Source: Chiloscyllium plagiosum
Taxonomy: Eukaryota
Length of the DNA stretch: 46,419 bases
Reading direction: 5' to 3'
NCBI RefSeq assembly: GCF_004010195.1
Contig: NC_057728.1
Coordinates: 8,332,704 to 8,379,122 of the forward strand
The notes beneath the pieces were generated by a model. The model did not search any database. It saw only the letters and a list, made by a program, of their open reading frames with translations, and was not told where the DNA came from. The position numbers and the translations under genes were made by a program. Position 1 is the stretch's first letter; the number at the start of each line of letters is the position of its first letter. This document shows, piece by piece, positions 1 through 12,419 of the stretch.

Positions 1-419
1 AATGAATGCTTCTGGAATCCTAACCATTCTGAGTTAACACGTGCCTCTGTAATGTCCCTGGCAACCATTAACTCCCCAGATTATGCAGTTGTATGAAATT
101 TGATTTTGCATCAATTGATCTTACAAAGTCCTGACCAAACAGGCTGGAACCAGCAGAGATGTGCTTCAGATGTTGTTGAGTGAGCCCCCAGTCTGTCCTT
201 CCCTTGTGTTGAAGGAAAGAGCAGTTTGAACAAACCTCTGTTCATGCATTCATTTCTAAAAATCCCAACAGCCTTTCAGTTACACCCTCACAGCCTTGCT
301 GAACATGAGCAATCACTACCAGTGATACCAAATTCTTGAGTTAACTCGAGCCTGGCCAGTTGTGGTAATAGATTAAATTCCACTGGGACACGAGGGGCAA
401 TTCCCTCAAATTAATTCCC

Positions 420-3178
420 CAATTCCCGCCACACGTTCCCCGACTTCCGCCACCATCGCGGCCGCTTCCGCAGCCACTTCCGCCCCAATGACTCCACCCA
501 CACCACGCGTTTTGTCACTTCTGCCCCATGTCATCAATGACATCACGTGTTCTGTGACTTCTGCCACTCCTCTACTGCTGTTGTTGCCACCACTTCTGCC
601 CTCACCAACACAACTTACCTGCACACTGCCAGCACGCCTCCCACGGATCCCACTGTCTCTATCCCTGCCCCCCCAGAACCCTGAGGGGAACACCATCTCT
701 GCAAATGGCTCCAAACCCATTCCCCCAGTCACAGTCTCCGCCCCCACTCCCAGCTCCACACCTATGCAAGGTCCTATGTCCCAGCCCTGCTGGGTTTTCA
801 CCATCCCCCCAGACCTCCCCCTCACTGAGGACGAACGATCAGTCCTCAGCAAAGGCCTTACTTTCATCCACCCTGCCCACGCATCAACAAATTCAGTACA
901 CGTTGTGATGTCGAACACTTCTTCTGCTGCCTCCGCCTCTGAGCTTGCTTTTTCCATCATGACTCCCACCTACTTCCGAGGGCTCCTTCACTCGCCTTCA
1001 ACACACTCCATCCACCTGGACACCCCGTGATGGCCTATTACCTGGCCTCGATCTCTTCATTTCAAACTGCTGCCGGGACATTAACCGCCTCAACCTGTCT
1101 ACCCCCCTCCCCCACTCCAACCTCTCACCCTCACAACGCGCAGCCCTCCACTCCCTCTACTCCAATCCCGACCTCACTATCAAACCAGCGGATAAAGGGG
1201 GTGCAGTGGTAGTTTGGCTGAAGCCAGACGCCAACTCAAAGACACCTCCTCCTACCGCCCCCTCAACCATGACCTCACCTCCCATTACCAAACCATCATC
1301 TCCCAGACCATACACAAACTCATCACCTCAGGGGATCTCCTACCCACAACTTCCAACCTCCTAGTTCAGGAACCCCGCACCGCCTGATTCTACCTCCTTC
1401 CCAAGATCTACAAACCTGACTGCCCCACCCAACCCATTGTCCCAGCCAGCTCCTGCCCCACTGGACTCATCTCCACCTACATTGATACTGTCCTATCCCC
1501 CGGTCCAGGAACTTCCGACATATGTTCGGGACACCGCCCACTCCCGCCTCCTTCTCCATGACATCCGTTTCCCTGGCCCCCAACGCCTCATCTTCACCAT
1601 GGACACCCTGTCCCTCTACACCTCTATCCGCCATGACTAGGGCCTCCAAGCCCTCTGTTTCTTCCTATCCCGATATCCCCACTAGTACTCTTCCACTGAC
1701 ACTCTCATTTGTTTGGTTGAACTGGTCCTCACCCTCAACGATTTGTCTTTCAAATCCTCCCACTTCCTCCAGATGAAAGTGGTAACTATGGGCACCCGCA
1801 CGGGCCCCAGCTATGCCTGTCTCTTTGTTGGCAATGTAGAACATTCTATCTTATGTAGTTACACTGGCACCACTCCTCACCTTTTCCTCCTCTACGTTCA
1901 TGACTGCATCAGCGCCACCTCGTGCTCCCACGAGGACGTTGAGAAGTTCATCAATTTCATCAACACATTCCACCCTGACCTTAAATTCACATTGACCATC
2001 TCTGACACCTCCCTCCCCATCCTAGACCTCTCCATCTCCAAAAACGACGACCGACTCAACACTGACATTTTTTACAAACCTACTGACTCCCACAGCTCCC
2101 TGGATTACACCTCCTCCCACTCTACCTCCTGCAAAAATGCTATCCCATATTCCCAATTCCTCCGCCTCCGCCGTATCTGCTCCCAGGAGGACCAGTTCCA
2201 CCACAGAACACACTAGATGGCCTCCTTCTTTAAAGATTGTAATTTCCCCTCCCACGTGGTTGAAGATTCCTTCCAACGCACCTCCGCCCTCAAACTCCAC
2301 CCCACCAACCTCCACATAAACCACACCATCTGCCGACATTTCTGCCACCTACAAACGGACCCCACCACCGGGGATATATTTCCCTCCCACCCATATCCGC
2401 TTTCTGCAAAGACCGTTCCCTTCATGACGACCTGGTCAAGTCCACGCCCCCCAACAACCCACAGTCCCCTCCTGGCACCTTCCCCTGCCACCGCACAAAT
2501 TGCAAAACCTGCGCCCACACCTCCTCCCTCACCTCCATCCAAGATCCCAGAGGAGCCTTTTACATCCATCAAAGTTTCATCTGCACATCCACCAATGTCA
2601 TTTATTGTATCCCTTGCTCCCGATGCAGTCTCCTCTACATTAGGGAGACTGGACGCCTCCTCGCAGAGCACTTAAGGGAACATCTCTGTGACACCCGCAC
2701 CAATCAACTCCACCGCCCTGTGGCCGAACTTTTCAACTTCCCCTCCCACTTTGCCAAAGAACGCCTCATCTTCCACCGCGGAACCCTTCAACCCCAGGGT
2801 ATCAATGTGGACTTCAGTTTCCTCATTTCACCTCCCCGACCTTACCCCAGTTCCAAACTTCCAGCTCAGCACCGTCCTCATGACCTGTCCCGCCTGTCAA
2901 TCTTCCTTCCCACCTCTCCGCTCCACCCTCCTCTCTGACCTATTACTTTTATCCTTTCCTCCATCCACCTATTGCACTCTCAGCTACCTTCCAACCATCC
3001 CCACCCCCTCCCATTTATCTTTCCACCCCCGGGACTTCCAGCCTCATTCCTGATGAAGGACTCCTGCCCGAAACTTCGATTTTCCTGCTCTTTGGATGCT
3101 GCCTGACCTGCTGTTCATTTCCAGCACCACTCTAATCTTGACATTAGTCTCCAGCATCTACAGTCCTCACATTCGCCT
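420..3178 (+). mobile_element. Degenerate Penelope-like retroelement (Neptune-like): RT, GIY-YIG endonuclease and 3' pLTR
   Basis: Frameshifted RT motifs (FYLLPKIYKP, MDTLSLYTSI, MGTRTGPSYACLF, YVHDCI~YIDD, YKPTD, AIPYSQFLRLRRICS); GIY-YIG-like NVIYCIPC..C..LYI near 2594; C-terminal LIF..GTLQPQGIN; hammerhead-like pLTR at 3046. Boundaries approximate. Confidence 0.85.
3046..3081 (+). ncRNA. Degenerate minimal hammerhead ribozyme in PLE pLTR
   Basis: attc CTGATGA a ggac tcct gccc GAAAC ttc gatt; stem II mismatch and GTC>TTC, so probably inactive. Confidence 0.6.
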
Positions 3179-3180
3179 GG

Positions 3181-3341
3181 GAGCTTAACCACACCCATTC
3201 AGGCTGCTTCTACTGTTCCAAAAAAAAACTCAAGGCTTTACATGTTGTTTACCTTCTCATGGACTGATTGGCATTGGTCTCCCATCTCTTTTTAAAAGAA
3301 ACCAGGACGAAATAACTTTTTGAAGCCACAGCATTGTCACA
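3181..3341 (-). mobile_element. Fragment of the LTR-like repeat also present at 28040-28673
   Basis: ccacacccattcaggctgcttctactgttcc...aagccacagcattgtcaca aligns by eye to 28506-28673. Confidence 0.6.
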
Positions 3342-3976
3342 ATCCTGCTCCACAGTGAAAATTGCTTCACTGTATCTTGGTTTAAATTAATGTTTGTGCC
3401 AACAGGAGAATCACTCATGAAAAGATTCGTTCGACATGAATTTCTTTAAAGTGGAAGCAAAGTCACAGGGTAGTTTGAACTTTTTGTTTGAAAGTATTCC
3501 CTCTTCTTCTAGTGAGAAAACAAACCTCCCGGGGGTGGGGGGGGTGGGTGAGGGGGATAACCATTCGGTACTCTGCTGTCATGCTAACAATTTGTTATTA
3601 GCTGTATCTGCGAGTTTTCGATGCGGTTCTGCATATCGACCATTAAACTATTGTATGCTTGCTCAGTGTTGATGACTGAACTTGAAACTGCCGATCAGCT
3701 TGCTTTGAGTCAGACATCAAAACTTTATGCTTTACGCAGTAGAACTAGTTGACTGAAATATCATTCTGGAGTTTGATGGACTGGTGAAGGGTGTAGGTTG
3801 TGTCAACAATAAATTGGAATTGAACTTTGACTGCATTGGAGTTTGGCTCCAACCTGCCATAAGCTCACCTTGGCAAGTCAGTTAAGAATCTCGGCTTTAC
3901 TCTACAAAAATTGTACTTGTGACTGTCGATGAATTGTACTTGTGACTGTCTTTCTGCATCTGTCTGTCTTTTCTAG

Positions 3977-4072
3977 ACCTGGAGCGATTTCCAACAGAGG
4001 AGCGCCAAGCTGTGGAAGTGAATTTAGGAGTTGGGGTCATGCTCCTTTGTGCTGCCCCTCCCCATTTTCCAG
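3977..4072 (+). CDS. CNTN1: Contactin (CNTN1-like) internal exon, start of Ig2: LERFPTEERQAVEVNLGVGVMLLCAAPPHFP
   Basis: ttttctag acceptor and G|gtaatt donor; 96 nt, phase 1/1; resembles CNTN1 YLDPFPPEERPEV...LLCDPPYHFP; joins in frame to the exon at 16138. Not in the ORF track. Confidence 0.9.
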
Positions 4073-4645
4073 GTAATTGCATACATTTCTACATTTCAAT
4101 GTTACTTGAGCTGTGTTTTCCTTCTCTTGTCAATGTCACCACCTTCCCTCTTTCCCCATAAGGCTTCTTCCTGGACTGTGATTTGTGGGCACAGCTCGTG
4201 ATTAATGTTTTCAGGTGAGCGTTGGCGGTCAGTGTTGACAGAGTGACAGTCGGACAGGTTGTGGGCATTCTTTGAACTTAGCCGTAGCATCAGGAATGCG
4301 AGGTATATGATGAACCTTCCAAAATTCTGCTCTAAAAGGTAGGCAGCATTTCCCTCAAGACAGTGCTTCTCAACAAAGCCCTGATCATAACGGCATCAGA
4401 GAATCTGTTGTCCTGTTTTGGAGAAGCACTGACAATGTCCTTGCAGTCTCACCACATCACAAATAGAATCATGAAACATGAATCACTTAAAGATGGAGAC
4501 CAATGCACCAACTCCTCCTGGGGCAGTCTCACCAAATCACTGGACAGTTACAGTAAGATTTCTTTACTTCTGTGCTCCAGTTTCCATTAAAAAAAAACCA
4601 ACATGCCATTCTCGTGATTACTAGATATTTATGCTTAATTTCTGT

Positions 4646-4805
4646 CATAAAAGCAAAATATTGAGGATGCTGGAAATCTGAAAAAGAAAACCGAAAGTGT
4701 TGGAGAAACTCAGCAGATCTGGCAGCGTGTGGAGAGAGAAAAACAGTTAACATTTTGAGTCCAATATGATTTCTTCGAGAGAGACTCCAGCACTTTCTGT
4801 TGCCT
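4646..4805 (-). mobile_element. Old PLE pLTR-derived short element with decayed hammerhead region
   Basis: ggatgctggaaatctgaa...aaactcagcagatctggcagc...gttaacattttgagtcc; same family as 6040-6138 and 32445-32540. Confidence 0.55.
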
Positions 4806-5423
4806 TTCTGTGCTCCTTGTACGAGTGAACCCAAGTCTCTGTGAGCATCAATTTTTATCCGTTCCACAAGTTTCAAAACACATTCTGCTTTTTTATTCTT
4901 ATAACTAAAGTGTGGGCTCATCTTTGCCCACATTACATTCTGTCTGCCACATTATGACTCACTAAATTACCCCATTTCTCTCTGTCTGTCTGTCTCTTTG
5001 TGGTATCTTTGCGATCTTACAATTTCCATTCCCACCTAGCTTTGTATTGTCAGAAAACCTGATAAGTCATTTCCTGCTTCTGAATCACAAAGATAGATTA
5101 AAAATATTTGGAGATCTAGAATTGATTCTTGAAGCATTCCACTTATTAAAGCCTGTCAACTAAAAATTGTCTAGTTTATCTGTACTGTCTGCTTCTTGTC
5201 TGTTCATCAGTCCTCTGCTGATATATTCCTCCAACTCCACGTACTCTTATCTAGTGTATCAGTGACTTGTGTTGCTCCTTTTGGAAATTCAAATATACTG
5301 GATCCACTTGTGCCCTTTTACCTCCGTTTCTGAGAGAACTCTAACACATTTGTTAAGCACAATTTCTCTTTCATACTATAATTTTCTGAATGCACTGTTA
5401 AGTCTTCCTTAGCATTAGATTAA

Positions 5424-5545
5424 AGGGCGTTTGTGGTTCAGTGGTAGTGTTCCTATCTTTGAGTTAGGAGTCCCGGGCTCAAGTCCTACTTGTTCCGTAG
5501 GTGTGTTGTAATATCTCTGAGCAGGTTCATTAGAAAAACAGGTTA
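5424..5545 (+). mobile_element. Short tRNA-derived SINE
   Basis: Box A-like TGGTTCAGTGG and box B-like GGCTCAAGTCC; related copies near 22570-22765, 23650-23740 and 27290-27375. Confidence 0.55.
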
Positions 5546-6267
5546 AATTTAAAAAAAAGAAAGAGCAGGGGTAAGGTCTTTGGGGTGCAGTGGTAGACAA
5601 CAGATATGGTATATACCTGTAAAACCCTACTTATCTGTCTCTCATTACTTGAACAGCAATGTTAAATTTGATAATATCTAATCACTGGCACTGTTCTAGA
5701 ATCGAAGGAATTTTGGAAAATCATAACCAATGTTTCCAATATCTTTGCAACTACTTATTTTAAACCATCGGGCTGGGTACTGGGATTTGTTGGATTTATT
5801 CCTGAAAGTTTCTCCAACACTTGTTGTCTGCATTAAGCTCTTTTCTTTTGTTAGCCCTCTTGGTTGCCTTTTTATTTATTCAATGTCTCACACTTTCCTC
5901 ATTCCCCTTAATCATTTATTCTGTTTGACTCTAAAGGATTCCTATTTACTTTAGCTACTCTCCTCCTTTTCATATACTTATAACAGCTGTTACAATATAT
6001 TTTTTATCTTCTTTTAATCTAGCGTTAACCTTAATTTCAAACAAAACCAGGGGTTGCCGGAGAAACTCAGCAGGTCTGGCAGGATTTGTGGAGAGATAAC
6101 AAAGTTAACATTTTGAGTCCAGTCACCCCAAAGACATCTGTAGTGTTTGGAAGGAGGTTGGCCAGGTGGATCTCATGGAGTATGAGTTCTCTGATTGGGG
6201 CAGGTAAGATAGACCAATCAGGGAGTCCTGGCGGACAGATATAAACAGGAGTCGGAGCCCAGGTGTC

Positions 6268-7445
6268 GTAGAGGCATAGAGTCATAGAGATGTACATCAT
6301 GGAAACAGACCCTTTGGTCCAACCCGTCCATGCCGACCAGATATCCCAACCCAATCTAGTCCCACTTGCCAGCACCCAGCCCATATCCCTCCAAACCCTT
6401 CCTATTCATATACCCATCCAAATGCCTCTTAAATGTTGCAATTGTACCTGCCTCCACCACATCCTCTGGCAGCTCATTCCATACATGTACCACCCTCTGC
6501 GTGAAAAGGTTGCCCCTTAGGTCTCTTTTATATCTTTCCCCTCTCACCCATAGAGGGAACTATGCCCTCTAGTTCTGGACTCACCAATCCCCGGGAAAAG
6601 GCTTTGGCCGATTTACCCTACCCATGCCCCTCATAATTTTGTAAACCTCTATAAGGTCACCCCTCAGCCTCCGATGCTGCAGGGAAAACTGCCCCAACCT
6701 GTTCAGCCTCTCCCTATAGCTCAAATCCTCCAACCCTTGTAAATCTTTTCTGAACCTTTTCAAGTTTCACAACATCTTTCCGATAGAAAGGAGACATGCA
6801 ATTCTGATTGCATGCAATATTCCAAGAGTGGCCTAATCAATGTCCTGTACAGCCGCAACATGACCTCCCAACTCCTGTACTCAATACTCTGACCAATAAA
6901 GGAAAGCATATCAAACGCCTTCTTCACTATCCTATCTACCTCCACTCTCAAGCCGCTATGAACCTGCACTCCAAGGTCTCTTTGTTCAGCAACCTTACCA
7001 TTATGTGTATAAGTCCTGTTAAGATTTGCTTTCCCAAAATGCAGCACTTCACATTTATCTGAATTAAACTCCATCTGCCACTTCTCAGCCCATTGGCCCA
7101 TCTGGTCCAGATCCTGTTGTAATCTGAGGTAACCCTCTTTGCTGTCTACTACACCTCCAATTTTGGTGTCATCTGCAAACTTACTAACTGTACCTCTTCT
7201 GCTTGCATCCAAATCATTTATGTAAATGACAAAAAGTAGAGGACCCAGCACCAATCCTTGTGGCACTCCATTGGTCACAGGCCTCCACTCTGAAAAACAA
7301 CCCTCCACCCCACCCTCTGTCTTCTACCTTTGAGCCAGTTCTATATCCAAATGGCTAGTTCTCCCTGTATTTCATGAGATCTAACCTTGCTAATCAGTCT
7401 CCCATGGGGAACCTTGTCGAACGTCTTACTGAAGTCCATATAGAT
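6268..7445 (-). mobile_element. 5'-truncated CR1-clade LINE (HER1-like)
   Basis: [57 protein letters not shown]; ctctatga-type 3' tail repeat. Confidence 0.93.
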
Positions 7446-8333
7446 CCTGGGAGAAAGAGCATGCCCTCCAAATTTTCAGGGAGAGGTGGGCACTGCAGGG
7501 AGTGGAGTGTACTATTTCCCCTCCAACTCTATTTTGATTTAATCCCTGCCTTCCCCTTCACTGTTTGATCACACAGCATTGCCCTTTGATGTGAAGGGCA
7601 CTGCTTGTCACTGGCCACTCGGGTGTTTCATTTCTTCCTGGTGGTGGAATTTGAAAAACCATTCATGCACCTTGTGTCTTTCAGTGTGTCTCGCATCTGC
7701 ACACACACAACATGGGGGCTGGGGAAAAAAAATAAACAGAAGTCAGAGCCCAGGTGTCCTTGGTGAAAGAGCATGCGGTGTCCACCAACACCCTCAAGAT
7801 TTTTAGGGAGAGGTGGGCACCACAGGGAGTGGAGTGTATTATTTCCCCCTCCAATTCTATTTTGATTTAATCCCTACCCTTCCCTTCACTGTTTGACCAC
7901 ACAGCATTGCCCTTTGATGTGAAGGGCACTGCTTGTCACTGGCCACTCGGGTGTTTCCTTTCTTCCTGGTGGTGGAAATTGAGTAAAGATTTGTGCACCT
8001 CGTGTCTTTCGCTGTCTCTCACACCTGCACACACACAACATGGGTGCTGGGAAAAAATACAAGAGAAAAATAAATAAACAGGAGTCAGAGCCTGGATGAC
8101 CTTGGAGCAGGAGCATGCGGTTTCCACCAGCACCCTCAAGAATTTCAGGGAAAGGTGGGCACCTCAGGGAGTGGAGTGTATTATTCCCCCCGCAGCTCTA
8201 TTTTGATTTAATCCCTGCCCCCCCCGGAAATTTAATAAAGATTGGTACACCTGTTGTCTATCACTGTGTCTCAAAAAATATATATATAACCAGATTAGAA
8301 CTGTTCCAGTTGAGGACTGAGGAAAATAAACAA
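7446..8333 (+). mobile_element. Tandem 3' ends of a Tx1/L1-like LINE (3 units; unit 1 begins at 6254 and is split by CR1)
   Basis: Unit 2 (7745-8073) reads RAQVSLVKEHAVSTNTLKIFRERWAPQGVECIISPSNSILI*, then a 3' UTR and A-rich tail; unit 3 conserves the peptide; Tx1 assignment from a recalled ORF2 C-terminus. Confidence 0.7.
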
Positions 8334-8609
8334 ATAAACAGGAGTCTCAGGAGGTCTCCTCACTCTAGGGACAGGCTCTGAGCTGGCTGGTCAGAATCCA
8401 TGTACTGTGCACGTGTAAATAAAGGGTGACTTGGTGACGGAATACCGGCCACTGTGGAGTTATTTCAAGATCGGGACAGTCACACTGTTTCTGTCTATAT
8501 TAGTGCTGCCAGTCCTGTTGACTTTCTCCATCAATTTCTGTTTTGGTTTAGATCTTCAGCATTCACAGTTAGTTATTTTATTTCACTATCCTTCGTTTCC
8601 ATCGTAAGC

Positions 8610-8935
8610 CACTGATGGGAGTTCTGGATGCTGAGATGTTTCCCCCCAAGGGGGAGTCTAAAACTATTTGGGCACTGTTTAAAGATAAGGCATCTCCCAT
8701 TTAGGCTGAAGATGAGGAGAACTTCCTTTTCTCAGAGGGTCGTGGAATTTTCCTTCCACACAGAGCAGCAGAGGCCTTATCACTGAGTCTATCCAAGGCT
8801 GAGTTACACAAATTTCTGATTTACGAGGAAGTTTGCATTATGAGGTATCTTGCAGAAAAGCGCAGCTACGATCATAGTAAGATCAAGTATGATCTTATTG
8901 AGTGGTATGAGATGCAATCCATTTTCTGTTGCCTT
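8610..8935 (+). mobile_element. Degenerate CR1 3' end
   Basis: gatgaggagaacttccttttctcagagggtcgtggaat, typical of a CR1 ORF2 end. Confidence 0.55.
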
Positions 8936-9479
8936 CCTTTGAACTGAGGAAGTCAGTAATCTGTGAACTGTAACATTCGGAGCATACTCCATCCCAGGAG
9001 TTGCTAGGTTGCTACATTCAATTTTACTCAGCAGTAGGAGTGGGGCTTATTCCAAGGCTTTCAATTGATCACTCAGTGCAGTTTAGGGGTTACTGAAAAA
9101 AAAGTTCAAAGGTTGAAGCTGTGCAGTGAATGAGAATTTGAATGGGAGAGGGAGAAGACAGTGCTGCTGTTAATTGCATTGCTGAAGGCAATTGAAGTAC
9201 CTGGGATCTATATAGTGAGAGACAATGATGTCCTGGGAGCAATGGGAAGTTCAGAATAAGTCAGATACCACCAGTAGTTCATGGTAGCTGAGATGGGTAT
9301 TAATATTTGTTGGATGCATCTGGGCAAGGTGAAAGTTCAGGGAAAACCGCAAGGGCAGTTTTATCTCGGTGAAGCTAGTTGTCATTAAAGAGCTGCAGTT
9401 ACACTTGTGAATGATTAGGAGAGTATAGTTTCAGAGCTGAGGGGAGTGTAGACCCAGGAAAAGAGGATGATCTAGATTG

Positions 9480-10575
9480 GGGACAGTAATTGAGTTCACA
9501 ACACAAGGCCATTCAGTTCCTCACCACTTCACAGTCTTGATCCAAACATGCGTAAAAGAGCTGAATTCAAGAGGTGAGGTGAGAGTTACTGCCCTTGACA
9601 TCAAGACTGTATTGACTGAGTGTGGCATAAAGAAGCTTTAGCAAAATTAGAGATGAGGGTCAGGGGACTCTCTGCAGGTTAGACTCATACCTGGCAATTG
9701 GGAAGATGGCGGTACTTGCTAGTGGTCTGTCACCTCAGCTCCAAGAGTTCTCTGCAGGAGCTGCTTGGGATAATGGCCCAGGCCCAACTACTTAGAGCTA
9801 CTTTGTCAATGGCTTTCCCTCCATTGTAAGGTCAGTAGTGGAATAGTTCACGGATGTTTGCACAATAATACCATCTGTGTTACTGAAGCAGTCCATAACC
9901 ACGTGCAGCAAGATCTGGACAATGTCTAGATTTGAGCTGACAAATAGCGAGAAACTTTCATATCCAACAAGTGCCAGTCCATGACCAACTCTAATGAGAG
10001 AGAATTTAATCATTGACTTTTGACATTCAAAGGCATCACCATCACTGAAGCTCCACGAGAATATCCTAGGGGTTATCATTAGCAAGAAACTGAACTGAAC
10101 TGGCCATATAGGTTCTGTGGTTACAAGAGCAGGTCAGAGGTTAGGAATACTGCAGCAAATAACTCACTTCCTGACTCCCCAAAGCCTGTGCACATGGCAC
10201 AAGTCCGGAGTGTGCTGGAATACTCCCCACTTGCCTGGATGGTACAGCTCCCAGAAGCTTGACACTATGCAGGACAGCGCAACCTGCTTGATTGGCACCA
10301 CATCCTTAAACATTGCCTCCTTTGCTGATGCTCAGTAGCAGTAGTGTGTACTATCTACAAGATGCACTGTAGAAATGCACCAAAGCAATTTAGACAGCAC
10401 TTTCCAAATCCAAAACCACTTCCCTCAGGAATGACAATGGCAGCAGATACATGGGAACACGAACACCTGCAAATTCCCCTCTTGGCCACTCAGCATCCTG
10501 ACTTGGAAATATGTTATTTATCCTGCAGCATTGCTAGATCAACATTCTGGAACTCTCTTCCTAACAGCATTCTGA
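9480..10575 (+). mobile_element. Degenerate CR1/L2-superfamily LINE RT fragment
   Basis: Decayed LDIK..FD.VW, FVN.., WN.LP motifs; same family as 33700-34670. Confidence 0.6.
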
Positions 10576-10589
10576 GTCTCCTGACAATA

Positions 10590-10844
10590 ATTTGATTCCA
10601 ATTGGTGACCGTTTGTGTGGCGGTTGCACATTCTCCCCGTGTCTGCGTGGGTTTCTTCCGGCTGTTCAGGTTTCCTCCCACAATCCAAAGATGTGCAGGT
10701 CAGGTTGGTTAGCCATGGGAAATGCAAGGTCACAGGGATAGAGTAGGGGTCTGGGTCTGGGTAAGACGCTCGTCAGAGGGTTGGTGTAGACTTGAAGGGC
10801 TGAATGGCCTGCTTGCACCCCGTAGGGATTCAATGGTTCTATGA
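10590..10844 (+). mobile_element. 5'-truncated HE1/V-SINE
   Basis: V-domain ttgcacattctccccgtgtctgcgtgggtttc...ccaaagatgtgcagg plus a gtagggattc tail. Confidence 0.8.
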
Positions 10845-11759
10845 AGTGGACCGCAACCGATCAGCAAGGCAGCTTCCCACCACCATCTCATGGGGAACTT
10901 GGAACAGGAGATATATACTGGCCCAGCCAGCGATTTCCACAGCCTTGGAATCAATTTGGAAGTATAATATTTGGTTGACTTTGTTTTAGTTTAATGACTA
11001 GTTGTCTTTTTTCAAGTTTGAGATGATCAATTTCAGAAAGTGACAATTACATTTTCCCATTTACTAGTTTAAAGTACTGCCTTAGCCTAAAGAATTTGGG
11101 AAAAAAAAATCAGCAGCTATTCCTTTACCTGTTATCTCCTGTACTGCTTACGAGTTCTTTTGTTCTTTCTATCCACTCCACTTTTTTAAATTTCCACTTG
11201 TCTCAGCCTTTGGGTTACTGTGTTCTCATCTCCCTGCTCCTGATGGTCCCTGCTGTACCAGACCACTGTTCTTGCTCCCATTACTTCAGGAAAATTGACC
11301 ATGTTTCAACAATCCTGGGTTTTGAGAAATGTCTCCGAACTGGTCACACTTTTTACCAAACCCCTGTAGTGGGAGGGTGGGAGACGAGTTAAAATAGTCC
11401 TTGGGGAGCTGACCATTCCTAGTTCTAGCCTGCTCCTTGGAACAGCAAGGTGGGACATAGATTCACATGTCTGTTTGAGACTTGTATGTCGTGTCATGAT
11501 ATTGTCATTGCCATTTCGGATTAGTGACTGAACTGGGATTCTACAGTCAGGTGGGGAAGAAGATCTGTCTGTAAGTAGATTCAAATTGTTACAGATTTCT
11601 GGGTATGGGTGAGGAACCTGGAGCAGCAAGAGTATGCCTCTCTGTCCCACAAGGCAACTCACTCGTGCAAACTCATTACTTCTGCCTTGTCCTCCATCTC
11701 ACATTTTGGACTGCATTGTTTCCATTTAGGTATTCTTGAATGGGAAGGAATCAGTTCAC

Positions 11760-12140
11760 TTGATTTTGCAGAAGAGGAAGATTGATGGTGAGGGTAGAGA
11801 AGGACAATCTCCACTCGGCACAAGGGGATGCTGCAACAGTCTGATATTCACCGCTCCATTCCTGCACTCTCCTTCTGCCAACATCTGAGGGACAGTGCTC
11901 GATTTGTTGATGTCGTTAAGCTGAATGGCAGTCAAACTGTGCACATGACCAATGGTGATCCCTCTTTTGTCTGCTTGTGGATGAGATTGTCTGCTTCTTT
12001 TGATGTCCTCCACCTTCAATCTCCTCAAAGAAACTCATTCCCTCCCTTCCCTTCTGATAGCAGATTATCTTTCCTGACCAACAAATCTCTGATAAAGGTG
12101 CAGGACTTACTACAGACATTGGGAGCCACAGTCTTGGATA
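11760..12140 (-). mobile_element. Possible decayed RTE-like LINE 3' region
   Basis: Minus-strand ECRNGAVNIRLLQH resembles the RTE C-terminal C..SRIGL.SH motif; heavily decayed. Confidence 0.3.
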
Positions 12141-12400
12141 CCGAATAAACTTAGTTTAACTCAGTGATTGAGTGCAGCTTCTCTGATTAAGCCCTCTGGT
12201 TCTGTCAGTGAACTAGAGAATGGAAATTGCATTTCAACTACCTGGTTACAGCATTTGGAATGCCAGCTGCTAAACATCTCTATTGAACCTGCTGGAAGTG
12301 CAATAGAGCAGTTTTAAGTGAAACCCCTGAGGGATTTCAGCTCAGTATATGTCCTAGTTTGTTGTACCTATTGAGAAACGTTTTTGTACAGTGCACATCT

Positions 12401-12419
12401 CTTGCCACCTTGTGGCTGT
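12401..12419 (-). promoter_or_regulatory. Candidate CTCF core motif
   Basis: Reverse complement cagCCACAAGGTGGCAag fits the CCASYAGRKGGCR consensus at all but one position; motif match only. Confidence 0.3.

Larger units (their letters stand above)
6139..8467 (+). mobile_element. Solo LTR (~236 bp; 6139-6253 plus 8347-8467) split by nested insertions
   Basis: TG...CA ends; imperfect 5-bp TSD acatc/agatc; inverted CCAAT pair 6191-6221; TATAAA 6240; AATAAA 8418. Confidence 0.65.

Noticed and set aside
406-1030. 187-aa and 180-aa overlapping ORFs
   Set aside because: Low-complexity Pro/Thr/Ser-rich N-terminal region of the decayed PLE and its antisense; not host genes.
7446-8333. Possible CRISPR array or satellite
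   Set aside because: Units are ~250-330 bp LINE 3' ends in eukaryotic DNA; no repeat-spacer structure.
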